This document shows, in pieces, positions 38,885-48,369 of a stretch of 64,000 bases of DNA; position 1 is the stretch's first letter, and every line of letters starts with the position of its first letter. The stretch is from positions 1 to 64,000 of IMG/VR virus record IMGVR_UViG_3300028920_000001. One strand, written 5' to 3'. A program made the position numbers and the translations under genes. Under the pieces are notes generated by a model. The model was given only the letters and a program-made list of their open reading frames with translations. It was not told the DNA's origin and did not search any database.

Positions 38885-41731
38885 ATGATGCATCTTCAAC
38901 AGATGGATGATCGTGTCTCGGTTCATAGAGATTGGTTTAAGGACTATGGATTTCATCTGGTTTCAGAAACCGAAAAGGTTAAGAAATTAGTTGATATCTG
39001 CGTCCAACGTGGAGTTTGTTCTCTCGACTGTGAATGTACAGGGGTAGATAATAGAATTTATCCCGATTCCCATTTTGATGATGGTATTAAAAGTCGGCAT
39101 GGCATTCGAACTATAGATAGAATAGTTGGATTGTGCATGTCGTTTGATGGAAGAAATGGTTATTATCTCCCTTTAACTCATGAACCAGATGATTCTCCTA
39201 ATTTACCTTGGGATTCCACTTGGGATGAAATTACTCGACTAATTGAAAATTGCATCATTATCTTCCATAATTCTAAATTTGATTGCGAGTTTTTATATCC
39301 GCCTACTGGTATTAATCAATATGACTTCAATCGATATGAAGATACATTATTTATTTCGAAGATCATAAATCCGCTGAAGACTAACCCGAATGGTCTTAAA
39401 CCTCTAACTAAGATTCATTTTGGGGTTGATATGGTGGAGCTCGATGAGCTTTTTACAGATGAACGAAAAGAACAACTGAAAAAAGAAGGTCGTAGGTATA
39501 ATTTTGCTTTGCTTCATCCTAAGGAGGGTCTCGAGTATGGATGCTCTGATGGGATTTTTACTTATGGGTTGTTATACAAATTAATTGAACGCTTGAGTGA
39601 ACAAGACAAGAAAATTTATAATTTAGAGAAATCTTTTTGCAACGTAGTTCGCAGGATGGAACAAAATCGTATCCATCTTGATATTAAACAAGTTAATTCA
39701 TTATATGAAGAATGCAAAATAGCTATGCGTGAGACCGGTGATGCGGTCAGAACGCTAATTGAAAAGAAAACTGGTAAGACTGGAAGATGGCTAGCCCTGA
39801 ATGTAGGCTCCCCCTCTCAATTATCTACTGCATTTTTCAATGATCAGGAGGGACTCAAACTCAAGCCTACTCCTGAAATGATTAGTGATGCTGATAAAGT
39901 AGGAGATGAGAATAAACAATATTCTACTAATGAAGAAGCTCTAAAATCTCTCAATAAAGCATATGGGGATAAATTTCCGATTATTAGAGCTAAAGCTGAT
40001 GGATCAAAAATCACGAACAGCATGTTTGAAGTAATTTTGGAATATCGTCATTACGAAAAGATGAAAGGCTCTTATATTGAGCCATTGTTCAAGTCTCATG
40101 ACAAATATGGAGACGTTCGACCTTCGTTTAATCAAATAGGAACTGATACAACTCGCTTATCTGGTAAAGCAGATAAGATCGAAAATGGTTATTCAGGAGT
40201 CAATTTTCACGGAATTCCTCGAGATTCTGATGATGATAAACCAGAATTATTTAAACAAATTCGTACCTGCATTGCTCCACGCCCGGGATACGTCATGGTT
40301 AAAATTGACTATTCCGGTGAGGAACTCCGAGTTGTCACCAATTTGTCCGGAGATCGAATTTGGATTAAGTCGTTCCTCTACGAAGATGGAGACGTACATT
40401 CTATCACCACGCGCATTCTTTACGGTAAGCAAGACATCTCTAAAGATGAGCGAAACCGTGGGAAAAGAAGTAACTTCGCGTTTATTTATGGCGGTGGAGC
40501 AGGAGCTATACAGAGTAATGTCGGATGTTCTATTGAGGACGCTCAACGTCATATGAATAATCTTCGGGCAGGCGTGCCTGAATTGATGGGATACGTTGAC
40601 CACCAGAAGCAATTCGCCCGTAAGTATAAATGTATTTATACAGCGTTCGGCCGGCGCATTCCGATTCAACTGGTGGATTCTCCCATCAAAGGATTGAGAC
40701 GGAAGGCAGAACGTCAGGCTATTAATTACACGATTCAAGCTACTTCAGCGGATATTTTGAAATATGCATTTTGTTTTGTCGACAAGAACATTCGTAAACT
40801 TGGCTGGGAAGATCGAGTTAAATATGTACTTACGGTGCATGACGAAATTGTGTTTGAGGTGAAACCTGAATATTTAATGGAAATTGTTCCTAAATTAGAT
40901 GAATGGATGACCTATCCGTGGAAACTTCCTAAAGCTCATGGTCGTGAATGGATCGTCCCGCTTGAAACCGAACCTGGTGTTGATATTCATTGGAGAGCTC
41001 GCTATGACTTTTTTGCTATGACTCGAGGCACGGAAGTCAAACCTGATCAAATTAACGAGGGTAAGTATACCGGCAAATTGAAGAAGGGTCACTATTTTGC
41101 TAACGGTCGAATTTATCAAGAAATTCCTGACTTCTTGAAGTCATATATTAAAGTAGAAGGTGGCCTACCGGAGACTAAACAAATACCCGAAGTTAAACCG
41201 GATGAGTCAAAGCCTGAATCTAAATCTGAGGTTAAAATAGCGGAGAACGTACCTGAGCCTCCGCCAATAACACCTGAACTTAAAGAGGCGTTTAAACAGG
41301 AAGCTCAAAAATGGGGTGAAGAAGTATCTGAAAAAGTAGCTGATATAGAAAATCTTAGTGAGCCACCTAAAGTAGAATCTAAGCCCACAGAATCGGAGGC
41401 CATTTCCACAGAAGTAGATTTAGACGTATCCCAAGAAGAAGGCTTAGGTATTGAAGTTGAAGATGCTGGAGATGAAGATGAAGAAGCAACTAAACCTACG
41501 AATGGTCGAAAACCAATTGGTGAAGATGAACAAATTTTTCGTTTTACTTTTCAGGCCGTGATGTCAGAATTTAATGCTAAAAAATTAAAGGCAATTTTTG
41601 CTTTAGCTGAGGGCGATACTCCGCTTAGGATAGTCGATCCGAAGGGGGTTATTCTTCTTCCGGAGCAAGATGCTCCTCGAGTGGATCCTCAGAAGTTTCA
41701 ATATCTGGCTTCTCTATATGGGCTTGGATAA
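38885..41731 (+). CDS. polA: DNA polymerase family A with a 3'-5' exonuclease domain and an acidic C-terminal extension
   Basis: Exonuclease motifs DCECTG, HNSKFD, YGCSD; polymerase motifs DYSGEELR, R..GK..NF..IYG, VHDEI; no 5'-3' exonuclease domain. Confidence 0.95.
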   Translation: MMHLQQMDDRVSVHRDWFKDYGFHLVSETEKVKKLVDICVQRGVCSLDCECTGVDNRIYPDSHFDDGIKSRHGIRTIDRIVGLCMSFDGRNGYYLPLTHEPDDSPNLPWDSTWDEITRLIENCIIIFHNSKFDCEFLYPPTGINQYDFNRYEDTLFISKIINPLKTNPNGLKPLTKIHFGVDMVELDELFTDERKEQLKKEGRRYNFALLHPKEGLEYGCSDGIFTYGLLYKLIERLSEQDKKIYNLEKSFCNVVRRMEQNRIHLDIKQVNSLYEECKIAMRETGDAVRTLIEKKTGKTGRWLALNVGSPSQLSTAFFNDQEGLKLKPTPEMISDADKVGDENKQYSTNEEALKSLNKAYGDKFPIIRAKADGSKITNSMFEVILEYRHYEKMKGSYIEPLFKSHDKYGDVRPSFNQIGTDTTRLSGKADKIENGYSGVNFHGIPRDSDDDKPELFKQIRTCIAPRPGYVMVKIDYSGEELRVVTNLSGDRIWIKSFLYEDGDVHSITTRILYGKQDISKDERNRGKRSNFAFIYGGGAGAIQSNVGCSIEDAQRHMNNLRAGVPELMGYVDHQKQFARKYKCIYTAFGRRIPIQLVDSPIKGLRRKAERQAINYTIQATSADILKYAFCFVDKNIRKLGWEDRVKYVLTVHDEIVFEVKPEYLMEIVPKLDEWMTYPWKLPKAHGREWIVPLETEPGVDIHWRARYDFFAMTRGTEVKPDQINEGKYTGKLKKGHYFANGRIYQEIPDFLKSYIKVEGGLPETKQIPEVKPDESKPESKSEVKIAENVPEPPPITPELKEAFKQEAQKWGEEVSEKVADIENLSEPPKVESKPTESEAISTEVDLDVSQEEGLGIEVEDAGDEDEEATKPTNGRKPIGEDEQIFRFTFQAVMSEFNAKKLKAIFALAEGDTPLRIVDPKGVILLPEQDAPRVDPQKFQYLASLYGLG

Positions 41732-41954
41732 TTTCTTGAAATTTACCGATAGCAGCACATAAAGTAGCAAAATTCCAAAGAGTGATTTCTTTTAATTCTT
41801 CATCTTCAGAAACAGTTTTATTGGATAGTAATCCTTTTTCACGTTTAGCTAGATCCTCTAAGGTCTCTACAATTTGAGGTAAAGTCATTCTTTCTACCAT
41901 AATTTGTAGTTCTACTTCATCTTGATCCGTGATCCCGTTTTCGTCATCAGCCAT
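41649..41954 (-). CDS. Hypothetical acidic protein
   Basis: 101-aa ORF with a TAnnnT box 6 nt upstream. Confidence 0.55.
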   Translation of the reverse strand: MADDENGITDQDEVELQIMVERMTLPQIVETLEDLAKREKGLLSNKTVSEDEELKEITLWNFATLCAAIGKFQEIIQAHIEKPDIETSEDPLEEHLAPEEE

Positions 41955-41967
41955 TGTATAATCCTAC
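41955..41967. promoter_or_regulatory. Putative bidirectional -10 promoter
   Basis: TGTATAAT+5 nt+ATG on the + strand; TGTAGGAT+6 nt+ATG on the - strand. Confidence 0.6.
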
Positions 41968-42474
41968 ATGAGTCAAAGGTTTTTTGAATATGGGAAAGTC
42001 AAAGTTCTAATTCAGGATTCTAAACAGGTAGCTCTCGAAATTTGTCTTCCCATATCTTTGTTATTTTCTACTCTACCAACATTATTAAAGTATGGTCAAC
42101 CCTACGATTACACTCTAAATAATCCATTATCTGTTTGGCTTCCATCATTAAATAAAGATCGGATCAATCCTAAGATTTTGGTAATGACTCCAGATGTTGA
42201 TAAAGATGTAAATGAATTAAAGAATAGAAAAGTTGAAGAAGTTCTGAAATTATTTCAGGAATTGAGTACTGTCACCCTTGATCGGTCAGATTTAATTCCT
42301 ATGCTTCCGTTAGGAACATATACTTTATTCAAATATCGTTGTGAGATCGATGCATTAGCTAAGATTCATTCAGAATTAAAATATATTAATATTATCGGAA
42401 TATTGGAGTTCAATGTTGCCTTGGAAGAAATTCATATGGAAATAATTAATGCAGCTGCTTCGGCATGTGAATAG
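41968..42474 (+). CDS. Hypothetical protein
   Basis: TGTATAAT 5 nt before the ATG. Confidence 0.55.
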   Translation: MSQRFFEYGKVKVLIQDSKQVALEICLPISLLFSTLPTLLKYGQPYDYTLNNPLSVWLPSLNKDRINPKILVMTPDVDKDVNELKNRKVEEVLKLFQELSTVTLDRSDLIPMLPLGTYTLFKYRCEIDALAKIHSELKYINIIGILEFNVALEEIHMEIINAAASACE

Positions 42475-43291
42475 CAACATCAACTTTATACCAATGTTGT
42501 TTGCTGTTTTTCTTCTCTTCAAAATTTTGGATTGAACAAATTCCGTTATTACCACAAAGCTTATAAATTTTAGTAGCTAATACTGATGAAAACATTCCGA
42601 TACGTTGGAAGCTTGGATTGAATGATTGATAAACTCCATCGGCTTGTTCATGACCAAATTCAATAATATGTAATTCTCCAGTAGTAATATGTCTAACTAC
42701 TGTTATATTAAATTTTTTTAATTTTTCAATCGTTAGATCAATGATTTTGTTTGGTGATTTAACATGTTCTAAAGCTTGAAGTGCAACTAGATCATTTTTG
42801 TATTTATCGAAAAGTTCTATTTCTTTATGTTTTTGACCTTTCAATATTGCTAAGCTTGATGTTATTTTAGGATGCACAATAGGCATGGCTTTGTGCATCT
42901 TTCCATCTTCGCCTTCATAATCTGGAGGTTGATAAATCATGTCCGGAGTAAGCGGCATCATGATTTCTCCAGTATCATCATCTACCAAATATAGTCCATG
43001 TCCTGCTTCTAATTGTTTAGCTAGTTCAATAATGATTTGGTCTAAAGCTAACTCAAAAATATCTTGAGTATCTGGTCTAATTAGATGTTCAAGTGATTCA
43101 AGCAACTGGTTTCTTAAATCACTAGGTGATTGAAGCAATAATTGCTTCACTTTATCATTATTTTGGAATTCATTCCTAATTTGATGAAGATAATCAGCTT
43201 TTACTTTTTTCTCAGTATCAAGTACTAAGGTGCTTCCAGTATTCCGATGAATTACCAGAGATTTATAAATGTCTTCAGGCTTTTTACTCAT
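42446..43291 (-). CDS. Hypothetical protein
   Basis: Long ORF; likely start MSKKPE overlapping the end of the upstream gene. Confidence 0.6.
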   Translation of the reverse strand: MSKKPEDIYKSLVIHRNTGSTLVLDTEKKVKADYLHQIRNEFQNNDKVKQLLLQSPSDLRNQLLESLEHLIRPDTQDIFELALDQIIIELAKQLEAGHGLYLVDDDTGEIMMPLTPDMIYQPPDYEGEDGKMHKAMPIVHPKITSSLAILKGQKHKEIELFDKYKNDLVALQALEHVKSPNKIIDLTIEKLKKFNITVVRHITTGELHIIEFGHEQADGVYQSFNPSFQRIGMFSSVLATKIYKLCGNNGICSIQNFEEKKNSKQHWYKVDVAIHMPKQLH

Positions 43292-43823
43292 CGTCCCCAA
43301 ATGTAAATGTGCCACCAGGCTCTAAAATAGTTTCTGTTTGGTCCCCTATCATAGTACCTTGATTAAATTCGGTATTTCCAATATTGGGATTTATTGGAGG
43401 AGGTGCTATCGGGGCCGGAGGTGGTTGGATTGGTGTAGGTGTAGGTGTAGGTGAAGGTGAAGGTGAAGGTGGTTGGATTGGTGTAGGTGAAGGTGAAGGT
43501 GGTTGGATTGGTGATGCTTTAGGTTCTTCTTTTAAAGGAATGACTGGGATATTTTGTGTGGTATGAATTTCGTAGGAATTTTTACCTATAGGTAAAAATT
43601 TTTTCGATCGAATATTGCTGAATCTTGGATCGTCTTCAGAAGCTCGAGGAGGATTTTTAAATAATCGGTCTTCCCAAGTCTGAACCCTGGTTTGGAATGA
43701 ATTATTCAATCTACTCCTAGAACATTCTTGGTTGCCACACCGTCGACAGAAAACCAAATTAAACTGATCAAGTGGAATATTGCCCACTTCTGACATACAT
43801 TCTTTTAAAAAATCTGATTTCAT
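43284..43823 (-). CDS. Hypothetical protein with a Cys cluster and Pro-rich linker
   Basis: C..FC.RC.N.EC; tandem PIQPPSPSPT repeats. Confidence 0.65.
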   Translation of the reverse strand: MKSDFLKECMSEVGNIPLDQFNLVFCRRCGNQECSRSRLNNSFQTRVQTWEDRLFKNPPRASEDDPRFSNIRSKKFLPIGKNSYEIHTTQNIPVIPLKEEPKASPIQPPSPSPTPIQPPSPSPSPTPTPTPIQPPPAPIAPPPINPNIGNTEFNQGTMIGDQTETILEPGGTFTFGDDE

Positions 43824-43999
43824 ATTACTCGATATTGCCCGTCGGCAGATTTTTTTACCCGTTTGGACTTTCTTAACTTGGTTAAAGCTGCCGTAACCGT
43901 ATTTGGACCTAAGCAGGTTTGTTTAACCAATTGAGATCGACGGGTAAATCCCTGTTTGATGGCTTCTAGGATTCTTTCACTATGATCAGTATTCTCCAT
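43820..43999 (-). CDS. Small winged-helix DNA-binding protein (59 aa, absent from the ORF track)
   Basis: MENTDHSERILEAIKQGFTRRSQLVKQTCLGPNTVTAALTKLRKSKRVKKSADGQYRVI*; ATGA overlap with the next gene. Confidence 0.65.
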   Translation of the reverse strand: MENTDHSERILEAIKQGFTRRSQLVKQTCLGPNTVTAALTKLRKSKRVKKSADGQYRVI

Positions 44000-44100
44000 A
44001 CTTGCGCTGTCCTAAATTACATGCTAGAATACATTATCTTTAAATGAGATTCATGACTTGGCTTGGTGTTCCTAAGCAGCTCATGGAATGAGGGAATGAA

Positions 44101-44760
44101 ATGGGGATTTCAAAAAGAGTCAAGCACATACGTGTATCTCAACCTATACCTAATGATACCAAAAAGTTACCATGGCCAAGATTTGCAGATGATAATAAAA
44201 CCCAACTCGGGGTAAATGTTGTAGAAAAGGAACAAGACATCATTAAAATTGTATATAAATTTTTCAAAGTTTCAGATATTCCAATGGAAGAATTGATGCA
44301 AGAAGTTTTCCTTACAATTATACACAAAAATCATAGTCGTTCAGCGCATGATCCGCGTAAATCAAGTTTTGGTCATTATGTTTATATGATAGCTAATAAC
44401 GTATGTATTAATTTGGTTCATCGAAAAGAACGATTTGATAAAGAAAAAGAATCGTTGGATGCTCCGTATAGACCTGGAGACTATAAAACTTTACTTGACA
44501 CGATTGAGCTTCCGGAAGAGGAGCCTGACATTGAATTTGACGAGAAATGTGAAGAATTAGAATTTTTGATGCGCCAAATGGGGAAATGGGATTTAGCTAG
44601 GTACATCACAGCAGTTCGGAGTGGAGCTAATTTAGACGTTATCCGAGATGCTTTAACTTGGGGTGGAAGAAAAATTACGAATAAAGTTATCCGAGATTGG
44701 CGTACTCAAATTCGTGAAATAACTACTGACATTAATTCTTTGGATGAAATTTTGATATAG
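44101..44760 (+). CDS. RNA polymerase sigma factor (sigma70/ECF-like)
   Basis: Region 2 pattern EELMQEVFL...SSFGHYVYMIANNVCINLVHR, followed by ESLD. Confidence 0.7.
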   Translation: MGISKRVKHIRVSQPIPNDTKKLPWPRFADDNKTQLGVNVVEKEQDIIKIVYKFFKVSDIPMEELMQEVFLTIIHKNHSRSAHDPRKSSFGHYVYMIANNVCINLVHRKERFDKEKESLDAPYRPGDYKTLLDTIELPEEEPDIEFDEKCEELEFLMRQMGKWDLARYITAVRSGANLDVIRDALTWGGRKITNKVIRDWRTQIREITTDINSLDEILI

Positions 44761-44995
44761 CCTGCATGAATTGGTTGATCATTTGACTTAATTTTTGTTC
44801 AGGGATTTGTCCTCGTAGTTCCATACTTAAATGACCGCGTAAAAATGGTAGAGCTGTTTGTGGATTTTTAAGAATCTTCAAGCAACTTCGACAAATAAAC
44901 ATTTCTTTTTCTAAACCATCTTCAGGTCCGGCCCATCTGATTCCAGGCTTGGAGCAATACTCACACAGACCTTCAGATTTCATTATTGGTTTCAT
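44732..44995 (-). CDS. Small Zn-finger protein
   Basis: CEYC...ICRSC. Confidence 0.6.
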   Translation of the reverse strand: MKPIMKSEGLCEYCSKPGIRWAGPEDGLEKEMFICRSCLKILKNPQTALPFLRGHLSMELRGQIPEQKLSQMINQFMQAISKFHPKN

Positions 44996-45597
44996 AATTC
45001 ATTCAAAATTAGAGAAACCGCTTTTTCTAGACTAATACCGGATTGAACACTAATCCGTTCTGACAATAATAAAGCCACCGGTAATGGTAATTCCATACCC
45101 AGAATACCGAATCCAGCTACATTTTTATCAACAATTTCTCTGAATTCATTAAATAAATTATTGAAATCCAATGCTTGGTATTCTTCTCCTCCGGCATAAT
45201 ACGGGTCACAAGTTTTGGGACTAGATAATACAAAATGAATAGCACAAGCGATTGGTCTAGTCGAATAGGCCATGCAAGTTTTAGTTTCAAGATCTAAAAT
45301 TGGACACTGTTTTCCCATTTTAAACCAAACAACAGGATGAGGATTATCTTTCAAGAATTCAAATTGAGCTCGAGCCCGTTCTCGGACAATTTGCCATGTT
45401 TTTTTAGATTTTAAGTGTTCATAAATTATGACAGCTTCAGCCATTAAAACATAAATTAATCGATAACAGCAATTAGCACATCCCTTTCTGCAAGAAGGAT
45501 GTACGCCGCCGTGTAGTATATATTTTTCAGCTTGGGCAGCTTTGTCAGCTAATGCAAATTTTATCGGTCCCAGAGCTTGAGAAAATACTAAATCCAT
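44992..45597 (-). CDS. YkgJ/FliB-family Cys-cluster (Zn or Fe-S) protein
   Basis: SCRKGCANCC, CPIL...C..Y..RP..C. Confidence 0.8.
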   Translation of the reverse strand: MDLVFSQALGPIKFALADKAAQAEKYILHGGVHPSCRKGCANCCYRLIYVLMAEAVIIYEHLKSKKTWQIVRERARAQFEFLKDNPHPVVWFKMGKQCPILDLETKTCMAYSTRPIACAIHFVLSSPKTCDPYYAGGEEYQALDFNNLFNEFREIVDKNVAGFGILGMELPLPVALLLSERISVQSGISLEKAVSLILNEL

Positions 45598-45944
45598 TAA
45601 TGGGCCGTAAAAATAGATTTCAGATCAGCATTGTCTATGATAATAAATATATTATTTCTATCTACATCATTTTCAATTTGATCTGAAATTCTCATTTTAG
45701 CCATGGATTTAATTCGGTTTTCTAACGTTACTCTGTATTGATTTAACCTAGTCCCATAGAAAATATATAATTGTTCCCTTAGCTTAGACTCTGCCATTTG
45801 TACTAAATGCGTTTCAGTAACATATACTGGATGACTTGGACCGCAATAGTATTTCAAATAACAGAGCCTACCCAATCTGGTTGCGTATGTGGTAACAAGG
45901 GATCTAGGTTTCTTGTCAGAGAAACCATTCATACTAGTGTACAT
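45597..45944 (-). CDS. Hypothetical protein
   Basis: 115-aa ORF coupled to the downstream gene. Confidence 0.5.
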   Translation of the reverse strand: MYTSMNGFSDKKPRSLVTTYATRLGRLCYLKYYCGPSHPVYVTETHLVQMAESKLREQLYIFYGTRLNQYRVTLENRIKSMAKMRISDQIENDVDRNNIFIIIDNADLKSIFTAH

Positions 45945-46018
45945 GCTATAATACTTTTGTTCAGATCTTTGTGCTGTCTAAATGGCATTGTATAAATTAA
46001 ATATACAATGAAAATGAA

Positions 46019-46618
46019 TCAGACTGTTTTAGAAACTGATTCGTCCTTTTCGACCTTGGACACGAAATCTTCAACTTCGGGTGAGGTAGTCTTCTTAGAA
46101 GAACCCCCACCTACTAATTCTACTTTTTCACCATTCTTTTTGAAGGTATCGGTATTTTTATTAATGGCGTTATAGAGTGATTGACTTGACCAATATCCCC
46201 ATTTTTCAATAGCCAATTTTTTGGCTTCTGCCGGGGTCATAGGTCCATGTTCCTTAAAGATTTGCACTAAAGCTTCCTTTAAGGGAGGGCGACCATTGGC
46301 AGCAGGTTTAGCCGACTTGGTCGCTTTAGCCGGCTTACTTACTTTTTTTGCGGCCTTCTTCGCTGGTTTCTTAGCGGCCTTCTTCGCTGGTTTCTTAGCG
46401 GCCTTCTTCGCTGGTTTCGCAGTCTTGGCCACCTTTTCTTGAGCGACGTTGGACAATCCGCCAACAAGTCCCTTAACTTGTTTCATTGAATCAAGGACTT
46501 TACCTTTTTCACGATTGATAACCGACATTGAATTATCAATTCCCTTTAGTAAATTTTGGACTTTCACAACTGCCTGTTTCGGGGTTGGAGGCTTAGTCTT
46601 TGTCTTGGTTGTACTCAT
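46019..46618 (-). CDS. Histone H1-like basic protein with a C-terminal winged-helix domain
   Basis: KPAKKAAK tandem repeats (24-bp units, about 46350-46420) followed by LKEALVQIF...GPMT..E helix-turn-helix-like segment. Confidence 0.7.
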   Translation of the reverse strand: MSTTKTKTKPPTPKQAVVKVQNLLKGIDNSMSVINREKGKVLDSMKQVKGLVGGLSNVAQEKVAKTAKPAKKAAKKPAKKAAKKPAKKAAKKVSKPAKATKSAKPAANGRPPLKEALVQIFKEHGPMTPAEAKKLAIEKWGYWSSQSLYNAINKNTDTFKKNGEKVELVGGGSSKKTTSPEVEDFVSKVEKDESVSKTV

Positions 46619-46639
46619 GGTTTATCCTTCTGGTATAGT

Positions 46640-46843
46640 CTACTGTGTAGACTTTGATCTTTCCTTAAGATCCCGAGAAATCCTGGAGAGATCAGCATTG
46701 CTAATCACCCCAAGTTTTCGACAAATTTTTTCTTTTTGATGTTGATAATTATCTAGAACTGCCACTTTTCTATTATACCCAAACTGGGAGTATATGTTTT
46801 TAAGGCGAGTGTATAATTCATTCCAATTCGGGGCTTTCTTCAT
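46640..46843 (-). CDS. Small hypothetical protein
   Basis: TGTATAAT 8 nt upstream of the start. Confidence 0.45.
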   Translation of the reverse strand: MKKAPNWNELYTRLKNIYSQFGYNRKVAVLDNYQHQKEKICRKLGVISNADLSRISRDLKERSKSTQ

Positions 46844-46890
46844 TTATATCAATTATACAACGAGCAACTATCAAATTTAACGGAGAATCG

Positions 46891-47073
46891 ATGACTAGTA
46901 GTCTTAAATTTGATGAATTTTTAGATAAATTACATGAACTTAAACAAGAGTTTAGGAATCACCATGGTAAGCCTCTAGAAACAATTGAAGAACTTGAAAG
47001 TTATCTGAGGCGGAGAAAGATGGGACTAACTGGAAGAAGGCGTCTTAGGTCACTTAAAGGATTTAATATATGA
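46891..47073 (+). CDS. Small hypothetical protein
   Basis: GGAG SD; overlaps the next ORF. Confidence 0.5.
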   Translation: MTSSLKFDEFLDKLHELKQEFRNHHGKPLETIEELESYLRRRKMGLTGRRRLRSLKGFNI

Positions 47074-47390
47074 TGAAGTTAAAAGATGCCTGGCTTACTT
47101 TAGGCAAAGATCCTGAAGAAATTTATGCTCAAATTTCATCTCAATCTTCCATTTCGTCTAAAGTTGAAGCTATATCGAATTTATTTAATTACGCCAAAAC
47201 TATTTCTAAAAAATTGTTAGCTCAAAGTCATCCAGATAGAAACCCGGGTGATATTGAAGCTGAGAATCGGTTTAAAAGAATTCAACAGGCTCTCAATGCT
47301 ATTGAATTTTATACTAATGAATTCAAGAATAAAGCACAACAGCAGATTGATGATAAATCAGAGGATGGATGTTATATTCAGTTTGAATAG
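47070..47390 (+). CDS. Stand-alone J-domain protein
   Basis: A...LG...K.L....HPDRNPGD..AE.RFK.I..A. Confidence 0.8.
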   Translation: MMKLKDAWLTLGKDPEEIYAQISSQSSISSKVEAISNLFNYAKTISKKLLAQSHPDRNPGDIEAENRFKRIQQALNAIEFYTNEFKNKAQQQIDDKSEDGCYIQFE

Positions 47391-47466
47391 GGTATATATT
47401 GATGAAATATATAGCATACCTGACTAAAATATATATGGGGTTGAACTTTAATTCATAAGGGTAAAT

Positions 47467-47868
47467 ATGACGACGACTTGTACTACACAAACCATCGGTG
47501 GTGGAATCATCATGCCGAATGGCACTCTAATTTGCATGAGCGATGATGTAAATTCAGCTCCTTACGCCACTACGGTTTGTACCGGGGATCCTGTCGATAA
47601 TATCTGGGCTGAGAAGACAGATTCAGGTTACAGATGTCGTCTTGATTTAATGACTTATGATCAGGTTTGGGACGTACTTACTCGAGTTCCTGAAGCAAAG
47701 GCGGATTTGCTTAGAATTACGGATGATGAATGTTTAGTTTATTTGGCAAATAGTTCGAAATTAAGAATAGATGAAAAAGCAGAGAATCAACGTCTGATGC
47801 ATAAAATGAACCGAGCTCTTCCCTATTATACGTTAATGCGTGGGAATATAGACGGTTCAATCCGTTAA
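47467..47868 (+). CDS. Hypothetical protein
   Basis: 133-aa ORF. Confidence 0.5.
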   Translation: MTTTCTTQTIGGGIIMPNGTLICMSDDVNSAPYATTVCTGDPVDNIWAEKTDSGYRCRLDLMTYDQVWDVLTRVPEAKADLLRITDDECLVYLANSSKLRIDEKAENQRLMHKMNRALPYYTLMRGNIDGSIR

Positions 47869-48369
47869 TTCTTTTCCGTAATATCCATCGACAGCACGCT
47901 GGGTAACTACTTCAGCTTTTTCACTGACTAATTTAGTCAAATCCAAATCAAAACAGAATGCTAAGACTGCAGCATAAATGATAACATCTGGTAGTTCTGA
48001 GATAATAGCTTTTCTTACTAATTCATAATCATAACCATCGCGAAGTGCTTTAACGATTTTATTACACATCTCCCCGGCTTCACCTGCTACACCAGCGCCA
48101 TAATATAAACCCGGATTTTGTCCATAGGCAGCCTTTGGTGCCATCTTCTTGATTTCACACAGAATCTTATGCGATTTGAGTACTGCATGAAAAATATCAT
48201 CTGGTGCCTTATCTAATTTGGTTTCAAGTTCTTTAACTCTTTCCCCGAGATAGTATGGGACTTCCTGTTCCCAATTTTTTTCACGAGTTCCACTTAAAAC
48301 TAAACCGAGCTTTTCTAATTCATTCAATCTAGAATGAATTTCAGTTTTGGTTTCAACTACTTCAGTCAC
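47857..48369 (-). CDS. MazG-like NTP pyrophosphohydrolase
   Basis: GVAGEAGEMC..I.K...ELPDV..Y motif. Confidence 0.8.
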   Translation of the reverse strand: MTEVVETKTEIHSRLNELEKLGLVLSGTREKNWEQEVPYYLGERVKELETKLDKAPDDIFHAVLKSHKILCEIKKMAPKAAYGQNPGLYYGAGVAGEAGEMCNKIVKALRDGYDYELVRKAIISELPDVIIYAAVLAFCFDLDLTKLVSEKAEVVTQRAVDGYYGKELTD

